NCBI GenBank assembly: GCA_964536365.1
Contig: CAZHWF010000002.1
Coordinates: 1-53,829 of the forward strand
Direction of reading: 5' to 3'
Source of the DNA: an uncultured Polynucleobacter sp.
GTDB lineage: Bacteria > Pseudomonadota > Gammaproteobacteria > Burkholderiales > Burkholderiaceae
DNA: 53,829 bases
The first letter of the stretch is position 1. The number at the start of each line of letters is the position of its first letter. The position numbers and the translations under genes were made by a program. The notes below the pieces were generated by a model. That model was not told where the DNA came from. It was given only the letters and a program-made list of their open reading frames with translations, and ran no database searches. Shown here piece after piece: positions 30,321 through 37,606 of this stretch.

Positions 30321-31475
30321 CTATCCCGGCCGGCCATCTATACGGGGCTTCGTTAACCAAGGAAAGTACTTATACAGATACAAAATAAAAGCAGTGCACC
30401 AACATATCCCAGCCCATCCAATCAATGCATGAAACCATGTGCCGCTTAATAGATGCGCCAATATCCAGAATATGACCGTCGCCTGCACCAAAGCGTAAGA
30501 AAGATTCTCAATAGTGCCAGCAACCAGTTGGCGACCTGTGTGCCCCAATGCGGTCCTGGTAATCATGCCAATAATGAGTCCGGCGGTAGCACCGATTCCA
30601 AATGCATGCACTGGAATGTAAATACTGATGTATCCAAGTGCGGATAAGCCGAGCAAAATAAATCCTATCGGAATCCAGAAATAAGCAGCATGCAATACCA
30701 AAACAATCGGTTTTGAGAAGGTCGCAAAAGGCCTCCAACCCCATAACAAGATCAATTGAATGGTCCCAGTAAATAAGCAAAGGATTGCGGTGATGTAGCT
30801 ATTAGGGACGAATACCCACAACACAAAAGAAGCGCCGCAACAAGCCATTACCAATGTGGCCAGGTTCTTATTGCGAACCTGCTTTAATCCAAAAAAAGCA
30901 TTGGCAGTAAATCCGGGAATGACTCTGCCCCCAATCATGATCTCAATCATCACAATCAAAAACAGAGAAATGATCAATACCTGATTAGCATCAATATCAA
31001 TTCGGTCAAAAACGGATAAATAAAATACTGCATTCAGAATCCCCAGGAAACTCAGAATGAAGGGGAGAAATAAATTTCTATACATCCGTTGCAGCAAAAT
31101 CAATCTGCCAATCGCAATAGCGATAGCTGGCAAAAATAAGACGTCGATAATAGCGAGATACGGACTTAATAGAGGCCCAATCCTGCCGCCAATCCAGAGA
31201 AGAACCAGCAACATTAGGGATGTTCCTGTTGGGGTTTCCAACCCAGTCCACGCCTTTACCGCAGTAAGCGCAAATCCCGCAACGACAGTAGCAGCAAAGC
31301 CAAATATCATTTCATGTGCATGCCATTGAATACCCGGTATTTGAGTGTTTCCCCTAAAGCTATAGCCATTTAATTCAAATAACCATTCAATAATGGCAAT
31401 GACCGACCAAAGAGCAGCCAACAGATAAAACGGCCTGAAGCCCAACGCAAATATTGACAGCTCTTTTTTTGACAT
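30321..31475 (-). CDS. nnrS: NnrS-family NO-tolerance membrane protein
   Basis: GFRPFYL, WHAHEMIFGF, GGRVIPGFT and RTALGHTGR motifs. Confidence 0.95.
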   Translation of the reverse strand: MSKKELSIFALGFRPFYLLAALWSVIAIIEWLFELNGYSFRGNTQIPGIQWHAHEMIFGFAATVVAGFALTAVKAWTGLETPTGTSLMLLVLLWIGGRIGPLLSPYLAIIDVLFLPAIAIAIGRLILLQRMYRNLFLPFILSFLGILNAVFYLSVFDRIDIDANQVLIISLFLIVMIEIMIGGRVIPGFTANAFFGLKQVRNKNLATLVMACCGASFVLWVFVPNSYITAILCLFTGTIQLILLWGWRPFATFSKPIVLVLHAAYFWIPIGFILLGLSALGYISIYIPVHAFGIGATAGLIIGMITRTALGHTGRQLVAGTIENLSYALVQATVIFWILAHLLSGTWFHALIGWAGICWCTAFILYLYKYFPWLTKPRIDGRPG

Positions 31476-31480
31476 AACAG

Positions 31481-31912
31481 TTAACTCTTAGACGCAGCTT
31501 CTAACTCAGCAATACGCTTCTTTAATGAACGATCATTTTGAAAGCGCTCAGTATCATCCCGCACGATTGCCGCGATTCCGGTAACCTTTCCGAATTCATT
31601 CGTCAACATTGCTACCGTAAATGCGATGGAAAGTGGTTTACCTTCTTTATGCAAAGCTGGAACAGTCAACAATGTTGTGCCATAACGTGTTGTGCCAGTT
31701 TCCATTGAATGCTTATACCCATCATTGTGACGCTGACGTAGGCGCTCAGGAATAATCAGGTCTAGACTTTTTCCGATCGCCTCAGCCTGTGTGAACCCAA
31801 AAATTCTCTGGGCAGCGGCATTCCAAAAAATAATATCGCCCTTGGCGTCTGAAATCACAACCCCGTCACCCATGACATTTGCAAGCTGCTCGAAATCCAC
31901 TTGGTTTTGCAT
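31481..31912 (-). CDS. Stand-alone PAS-domain protein
   Basis: WNAAAQRIFGFTQAEAIGKSLDLIIPE; short coiled tail, no output domain; GGAGGA RBS before ATG 31912. Confidence 0.9.
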   Translation of the reverse strand: MQNQVDFEQLANVMGDGVVISDAKGDIIFWNAAAQRIFGFTQAEAIGKSLDLIIPERLRQRHNDGYKHSMETGTTRYGTTLLTVPALHKEGKPLSIAFTVAMLTNEFGKVTGIAAIVRDDTERFQNDRSLKKRIAELEAASKS

Positions 31913-31991
31913 ACGATCCTCTTCCATAATTAACCGGCACGCCGTCATTCAATTACTCAAGGATTTTCTTTTTAACTAGGAAAGATTGAAA

Positions 31992-32007
31992 TAGCTCGTA
32001 AGAACTA
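31992..32007. promoter_or_regulatory. Putative NarL-type 7-2-7 site
   Basis: TAGCTCG-ta-AGAACTA, 14/16 identical to the palindrome at 23096-23111. Confidence 0.55.
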
Positions 32008-32054
32008 TATGAAGAAATAAGGTTTCTAGCTAATATTCAATAAAAGCCAATTAC

Positions 32055-32068
32055 TTGCTTTAGATCAA
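32055..32068. promoter_or_regulatory. FNR/DNR-type box
   Basis: TTGCT-ttag-ATCAA, one mismatch to TTGAT-N4-ATCAA, in the divergent promoter region. Confidence 0.65.
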
Positions 32069-32097
32069 ATGTGGCGACCTTGGTTTACCATCAAATA

Positions 32098-32301
32098 ATG
32101 TCTATGCAGAAGAAATTCCCTATCAATCCACCACATCCCGAGCGCATTTGCTGGGGGTGTGAGCGCTATTGCCCTTCTGATTCCATGGCATGCGGCAATG
32201 GATCCGAAAGATCACAACATCCATTTGAGCTATTTGGCGAGGGCTGGGAGACATGGGGAGTGGATGACCGCGATTTACTGCAAAAGAATACTAATTCATG
32301 A
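32098..32301 (+). CDS. DUF3079-family small Cys-rich protein
   Basis: KKFPINPPHPERICWGCERYC...CGNGSERSQHP.ELFGEGW signature; start 32098 or 32104. Confidence 0.85.
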   Translation: MSMQKKFPINPPHPERICWGCERYCPSDSMACGNGSERSQHPFELFGEGWETWGVDDRDLLQKNTNS

Positions 32302-32771
32302 ATGATTTAACGCTAGCCAGAGCAATTCATATTCTCAGCATCGTAGTTTGGATGGGTGGCGTTACTTTCGTAACCCTAATACTCATACCTGTATTAAGAA
32401 GATCTGCGCCAAAAACCGATCAATTGACTATATTCAATCTTATAGAAAATCGTTTTGCCTCGATTGCGAGATTCATGGTTTTATTGGCTGGCATTAGTGG
32501 CTTTTACATGACATACAAATTAGATGCTTGGGATCGGTTTTTGCAAGCCCAGTTCTTTTGGATGCATGCGATGGTTATCGTCTGGAGTTTATTTTTCCTG
32601 GCGCTTTTTGTGATTGAACCATTCATTCTCAAAAACCATGGTCGCATGGTGAAGAATGGCCATAACATCAGCAATCTTCGCAAAACCCAAATAGTTCATC
32701 TAATTATTCTGACGCTAAGCCTATTCACAATTGTGGTTTCTGTATTGGGTGCCCACGGATTCTTCTATTAG
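32298..32771 (+). CDS. Four-helix membrane protein (CopD-like, possibly heme-binding)
   Basis: ARAIHILSIVVWMGG, WMHAM, IVHL and GAHG intramembrane His; ATGA overlap with DUF3079. Confidence 0.75.
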   Translation: MNDLTLARAIHILSIVVWMGGVTFVTLILIPVLRRSAPKTDQLTIFNLIENRFASIARFMVLLAGISGFYMTYKLDAWDRFLQAQFFWMHAMVIVWSLFFLALFVIEPFILKNHGRMVKNGHNISNLRKTQIVHLIILTLSLFTIVVSVLGAHGFFY

Positions 32772-32947
32772 CGCATTTAGATTGCTCCGTCTTCTCGAGC
32801 ATATGAGGCAGGGAGAATAAATAGACCGCTATAGCGGCAACCTTCTTCATTTGAACCCCACCGCATCCAGCAACAAACTAAGTCCCCTCCACATCAATTT
32901 TCGATAATCGCTAAAATCAATGCAAAACATTATTAGGCGAGACAGCA

Positions 32948-34048
32948 ATGATTTTAGATTTTTTGAGAAAGTGGTCAGGCGCTCTTGTCACCACCCGCAA
33001 AGAACTCTATATAGGCGCAATTGGTGCAAGTTTAGGCCTGCTATGCACTGAGGCCGTTTGTCGATGGACACTAGGAATTTCCCAACCCTGGTTTGCAATC
33101 CCCATGGGCGCATCCGCAGTGTTGTTATTTGCAGTACCAGCCAGCCCACTTGCTCAGCCCTGGTCCATTATTGGCGGCAATACCGTTTCCGCCCTCTCCG
33201 GAATCATTTGCTACAAATTACTGGGCGACAGTGGCTATGCAATAGCACTTGCAGGTGGACTCGCCGTAGGCGGCATGTTCTTTTTTAGATGCGTTCACCC
33301 GCCGGGAGGCGCAATTGCTTTAACTGCAGTACTGGGAAGCAGCTCTATTCATGAACTTGGATTCGGATTTGCATTTGTACCGGTAATGCTCAATAGCGCA
33401 ATCCTATTATTGATTGCGATTTTATTTAACAAACTCTCTGGTAGAAAATACCCCCATCATCCGCAACCCGCCAAAAATACACATATCACCAGCGATCCAA
33501 TGCCCAGTCAACGTTTTGGCGTACAGCGCGAAGACCTTGATGCCGCCCTTGCATCTTATGGTGAAGTACTCGACATTAATCCAGGTGACTTGCAGGAAAT
33601 TCTTGTACGCGCACAGATGCAAGCACAACGCCGTCATTGGGGCCACCTGCTTTGCAAAGACATTATGTCTCAAGACTTAATTACAGTAAATCCAGACTCA
33701 TCCATTGCAGATGCCTGGAAATTATTGGCTCAACATAGAATTAAAAGCCTGCCTGTTACCACCTCAGATAACGAACTCGTTGGGATTGTGTCTGTACCTG
33801 ATTTTTTCATTGATCGACATAATCCGGCAATGCAAAGCACTCCCCGGATGATTAACTCTCAATATGTGCATGAGATCATGTCCACCAAGCTTCGAACAGC
33901 CAAACCAAATCAATCAATATCCGATCTTGCGCAAGCCTTTACTGATCTCGGAACACACTATATGCCGGTCGCCGATGAAACGGGAAAACTAGTGGGAATG
34001 CTGACCCAGTCTGATCTGCTGGCCGCCCTGTTCTCGAAAAGCGACTAA
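32948..34048 (+). CDS. HPP-family membrane protein with tandem CBS domains
   Basis: MGASAVLLF, SPLAQPW, HPPGGA; CBS pair (DIMSQD..., GMLTQSDLL). Confidence 0.93.
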   Translation: MILDFLRKWSGALVTTRKELYIGAIGASLGLLCTEAVCRWTLGISQPWFAIPMGASAVLLFAVPASPLAQPWSIIGGNTVSALSGIICYKLLGDSGYAIALAGGLAVGGMFFFRCVHPPGGAIALTAVLGSSSIHELGFGFAFVPVMLNSAILLLIAILFNKLSGRKYPHHPQPAKNTHITSDPMPSQRFGVQREDLDAALASYGEVLDINPGDLQEILVRAQMQAQRRHWGHLLCKDIMSQDLITVNPDSSIADAWKLLAQHRIKSLPVTTSDNELVGIVSVPDFFIDRHNPAMQSTPRMINSQYVHEIMSTKLRTAKPNQSISDLAQAFTDLGTHYMPVADETGKLVGMLTQSDLLAALFSKSD

Positions 34049-34099
34049 AGAAGAATTAGAGGAGAATATCCAGGTTGTTCACCAAAACATGGCGGCTCT

Positions 34100-34618
34100 A
34101 TGCAAAAGTATTATGGGATTGGAGATAGCTTTTCTTACGGCATTAGACCAATTCACCAAGATGATAAGCAGAAACTGGTTGAGCTATTTAATCAGCTTTC
34201 GCCAGAAAATCGCTATCTACGGTTTGCCCATGCTATCTCAAAGCTGCCTGATGAATTTTTGGAAGATGTACTGGAGCTAGACTACGAAAAGGAAATGGCT
34301 TTAGTAGCATACCTTGAGCAAGAAGATGGCAATGGAGCGATTATTGGGATTGCAAGGTATGTTTCTGATGCGACTGGGAATACTTGTGAATTTTCAATTA
34401 GCGTGAGCGATCTATATGCGGCACATGGCGTTGGAATGAACCTCATGAAACATCTGATTGATTACGCCAAACACAATAAGATACAAAAGATGGTTGGTTA
34501 TATCTTAAGCAGCAATGTGAAAATGCTACACATGACCAGAGAATTAGGCTTTCAGATTGAATTTCTGAATAATGAACCTGAGTTTAAGATCGCCACTCTT
34601 GACTTAAAATCTCCTTAA
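34100..34618 (+). CDS. GNAT acetyltransferase (Pat-like GNAT domain)
   Basis: IRPI..DD, LSPENRYLRF, IIGIARY, CEFSISV, NVKML..ELGF. Confidence 0.88.
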   Translation: MQKYYGIGDSFSYGIRPIHQDDKQKLVELFNQLSPENRYLRFAHAISKLPDEFLEDVLELDYEKEMALVAYLEQEDGNGAIIGIARYVSDATGNTCEFSISVSDLYAAHGVGMNLMKHLIDYAKHNKIQKMVGYILSSNVKMLHMTRELGFQIEFLNNEPEFKIATLDLKSP

Positions 34619-34628
34619 ATACCGATAA

Positions 34629-35168
34629 ATGCTAATGAAATTCTCATCTCACGAATCTACGCTGATATTCATTGATCTACAAAGTAGGCTAATGCCATCA
34701 ATTGATCGTGGCAATGATGTTTTGCAGCAATGCATTCGAATCGCAAAAATTGCTCAAATTCTAGGGGCACCCATTATTGGCACGGAACAAAGTCCTAATA
34801 GCTTAGGTCATAACGTCACTGAAATCTCCGACTATTGCCAAGTAACCATTCATAAAGAGCACTTCAATGCATGTCAAGACGGTCTTATCGAGGCGCTCCC
34901 AAAAAATAGAGAAAGACTTGTTATAGCCGGCTGTGAAACCCATGTTTGCGTCATGCAAACCGCTCTAGAGTTGCTCAATCAAGGCTACCAACTCACTATT
35001 CTGGTTGATGCGGTAGGCTCTAGAAGATCTTTGGATAAAGAAGTTGCCATTCAAAGACTCTGCGCCAATGGTGCCATAGCGTCCACGGTTGAGATGATAG
35101 CTTTTGAATGGTTGGGAGCAGCTACCAACCCAAACTTCAAAAAAGTGCTTGAGCTGATTAAAGCCTAA
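34629..35168 (+). CDS. Isochorismatase-family (YcaC-like) hydrolase
   Basis: IDLQSRL, TEQSP..LG, GCETHVCVMQT, DAVGSR. Confidence 0.93.
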   Translation: MLMKFSSHESTLIFIDLQSRLMPSIDRGNDVLQQCIRIAKIAQILGAPIIGTEQSPNSLGHNVTEISDYCQVTIHKEHFNACQDGLIEALPKNRERLVIAGCETHVCVMQTALELLNQGYQLTILVDAVGSRRSLDKEVAIQRLCANGAIASTVEMIAFEWLGAATNPNFKKVLELIKA

Positions 35169-35185
35169 ATTCAGAATGGGCAAAA

Positions 35186-35216
35186 TAAAGCCACCCAAGT
35201 GGCTTGGGTGGCTTTA
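35186..35216. terminator. Bidirectional terminator between convergent genes
   Basis: TAAAGCCACCCAAG-tgg-CTTGGGTGGCTTTA, 14-bp stem. Confidence 0.88.
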
Positions 35217-35254
35217 CTCAGATGAGTTTATTCAATACTGATTGAAATACTTTG

Positions 35255-35908
35255 TTAATGCTGATGGCCTGAATTACCCGCAGGCATGCTTTGATGCATT
35301 TGCTTCATTTGCTGCATTTGTTCTGGGGTCATATTTCCCATCATCTGTTCGTGCATTTGCATCATTTGTGAATGCATAGCGGGATCACATTGTTCATGAG
35401 TTGCGCCACCGCCCATTTGATGAGTATTTGCACCTTGATAACCAAGTAAAGATGGATCTAGCATTCCAGCGATCATGGCAATGTGACCAAACACTAAGAA
35501 CAAAGCGACGCAAATTGCATGCACTCTCATCTTACCCATTTGATCCAGGGCTTTATTCACCAACCCAAACTCTTGCAGGGCAATCCAAATCAAAGGCAAG
35601 CCACCAATGAGGTAACTACCTACCGCGATAACATCAATCGCAGTCCTCCATTGGCCAGCCTTTGTAATGGGAAGAACTGCGGTTGTCACCAAGTAAACAA
35701 TAATCCCGATGAAGTAAAGCCCAACAGTTGTACCTGAAAAGCGATTCAGGTGATAAACAAAGCCATCAAACTTGCGCGTAAAGAGGATATACAGCTCAGT
35801 AATTGCTAGCGTTTCAGCTAGCACCACTGGTATAGCCATAAAGATCAACAGATTCCATGGCTGGTTATCAGCCAATAACTGCATATAGTGAGTCATATTC
35901 ATTACCAA
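35255..35908 (-). CDS. Membrane protein (DUF6803-like) with Met/His-rich tail
   Basis: MTHYMQLLADNQPWNLLIFMAIPVVLAETLA..ELY; 4 TM helices; MHSQMMQMHEQMM...HQH tail. Confidence 0.8.
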   Translation of the reverse strand: MVMNMTHYMQLLADNQPWNLLIFMAIPVVLAETLAITELYILFTRKFDGFVYHLNRFSGTTVGLYFIGIIVYLVTTAVLPITKAGQWRTAIDVIAVGSYLIGGLPLIWIALQEFGLVNKALDQMGKMRVHAICVALFLVFGHIAMIAGMLDPSLLGYQGANTHQMGGGATHEQCDPAMHSQMMQMHEQMMGNMTPEQMQQMKQMHQSMPAGNSGHQH

Positions 35909-35984
35909 ATCTCCAAAACATAAGTTATCAATACGGCTAAAGCGGTGAAAATGGTCACCACAATAGTCGTTTAATCAAAAGTGA

Positions 35985-36320
35985 TTACAGATGATGTTTT
36001 GGTGGCTTATAGATTGATTCGGCAATATATGAAACGAGCCTCGCCGATTGATTTGGCTGGTAAATATAGGATGGGGCTTCAATTGGGAAAGTAACTGAAT
36101 TATGCAACACCGCCATAGTGAAACAGCAATAGTGATTAACGCTTAACTTTCCAGCAGTTTTGGATTCTTCATGAGAGGCGAAATTGACCGCTTCTTCGCA
36201 ATGTCTATGCGAGTCGGTTTGAGCGGCATTTGAGGGTCCGCCTGAAAAAATAGGCATTGCGCTGGCATTTACCGCGGTCACCAAGATACTCAAAAAGAGC
36301 ATGACTGCAATCTTCTTCAT
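35985..36320 (-). CDS. Small exported His/Cys protein (CzcI/CopL-like)
   Basis: Signal peptide, HRHC and HYCC motifs, C-terminal IYKPPK. Confidence 0.65.
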   Translation of the reverse strand: MKKIAVMLFLSILVTAVNASAMPIFSGGPSNAAQTDSHRHCEEAVNFASHEESKTAGKLSVNHYCCFTMAVLHNSVTFPIEAPSYIYQPNQSARLVSYIAESIYKPPKHHL

Positions 36321-36360
36321 GGTCTGATTCTACGCCTGACCAATCAATTTTGCTTAGCCA

Positions 36361-36636
36361 TTAGCCGCAACAACAACCAGCACCACCGCAACCACCCTCT
36401 TTGCCAGGCTTTTGCTCAGACTGCTCATTTAAATCTAGACTAGAAGGGTAACCTTCCTCGTTTAAGGTATGGATCAAGTCAGCTGACTCATTTGAAGTCC
36501 TCTCCACCTGAACACGCCCTGATTCTAAGTCAACATGGATACCTTGCACCCCAGCAAGCGACTCTAATGCCTTAGTAACATGAGCAACACAAGACCCGCA
36601 ACTCATTCCCTGTACGTTTAGATTAATGTGAGACAT
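36361..36636 (-). CDS. Heavy-metal-associated (CopZ-like) chaperone with Cys-rich tail
   Basis: VQGMSCGSCV; C-terminus GGCGGAGCCCG; GGAG RBS. Confidence 0.92.
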   Translation of the reverse strand: MSHINLNVQGMSCGSCVAHVTKALESLAGVQGIHVDLESGRVQVERTSNESADLIHTLNEEGYPSSLDLNEQSEQKPGKEGGCGGAGCCCG

Positions 36637-36660
36637 TGCTTTCTCCTAAATTAGGTATTG

Positions 36661-36688
36661 ATCATATATATGCTGGCATATAAGACAA
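36661..36688 (-). promoter_or_regulatory. Sigma70-type promoter with palindromic operator in the spacer
   Basis: -35 TTGTCT, 16-bp spacer TATATGC-ca-GCATATA, -10 TATGAT, upstream of the HMA gene. Confidence 0.7.
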
Positions 36689-36804
36689 AAACAAGGGTTT
36701 ATTTAGGCTTTGATTGAAATAAATGTAATTAGCCAAATGGGCATCTGAGTGACATTTGGACAAAATAAGCATAAGATGAATCAGATTCTAAGCAATCCTA
36801 TTTC

Positions 36805-37041
36805 ATGTCTCTTATTTTTCTTATCCTTTCCCCCGCTTTATTTGGCCTCTATTTAATTATTCGCTTCCAGATATGCGCCGCCCGTCGCAGGCGGCTTATT
36901 GACACCTATGGGATTGATGCAAAAAAACTAAGAAAAATGAGCTGTAAAGAGGTCAGAAAACTGAGAGACCGCATTGATGAGCTGCAAGACAAGTATGACG
37001 TATATGGGCTCGAATCATTGCTCAGGCCCTATAGGGCATAG
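36805..37041 (+). CDS. Small single-TM hypothetical protein
   Basis: N-terminal hydrophobic helix then basic helical domain; fills the intergenic space. Confidence 0.6.
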   Translation: MSLIFLILSPALFGLYLIIRFQICAARRRRLIDTYGIDAKKLRKMSCKEVRKLRDRIDELQDKYDVYGLESLLRPYRA

Positions 37042-37116
37042 ATATATATAATTGTTTAGTGCATTAATTTGACTTACACTGAGACAAGAAATTTACTATA
37101 AATAGAAAGGGTAAAA

Positions 37117-37542
37117 ATGAAAGTATTGCTACCGATAGATGGCTCAAAATCCTCCCTAAATGCAGTCAAATATGTTGCCAAGTTAGCGAAAAACTCTCGC
37201 AGCCCGGTAAAGGTTACTTTGGTAAACGTTCATGATGACGCTGGACTGTCACATGTAAAGCAATTTGTATCTAAAAGCGTAGTTGACGATTACTTGCGCG
37301 AAATAAGCGAAAAAGAGTTGAAACCAGCGCAAAAGGTTCTAGATACAGCCAGTGTCAAACATAATATGGTGATTAGACGTGGTCATATCGCAAACGAAAT
37401 CATTGCCTTAGCCAATAAAGACAAAGTTGACATGATTGTTATGGGCGTCAAGGGCCGCAGTGGTCTTTTAGATGTTCTGATTGGATCCGTAGCACAGCGT
37501 GTATCTAGCTCAGCTAAACAGCCAGTTTTATTAATTAAGTAA
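37117..37542 (+). CDS. Universal stress protein
   Basis: VLLPIDGS, IVMGVKGRSG..LIGSVAQRV, PVLLIK. Confidence 0.95.
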   Translation: MKVLLPIDGSKSSLNAVKYVAKLAKNSRSPVKVTLVNVHDDAGLSHVKQFVSKSVVDDYLREISEKELKPAQKVLDTASVKHNMVIRRGHIANEIIALANKDKVDMIVMGVKGRSGLLDVLIGSVAQRVSSSAKQPVLLIK

Positions 37543-37549
37543 AACCTCC

Positions 37550-37580
37550 CTCAGTTGGCCGTGTTTAGCGGCCAACTGAG
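37550..37580. other. Perfect 12-bp inverted repeat between usp and the ATPase
   Basis: CTCAGTTGGCCG-tgtttag-CGGCCAACTGAG, no immediate U-tract. Confidence 0.7.
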
Positions 37581-37606
37581 TCCATTGATTTTCTCGACTC
37601 GCAATC

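Noticed and set aside
32772-32947. Minus-strand signal-peptide-like fragment (MKKVAAIAVYLFSLP) and a weak FNR half-site
   Set aside because: Too short, runs antisense into the upstream gene, and only one FNR half-site matches
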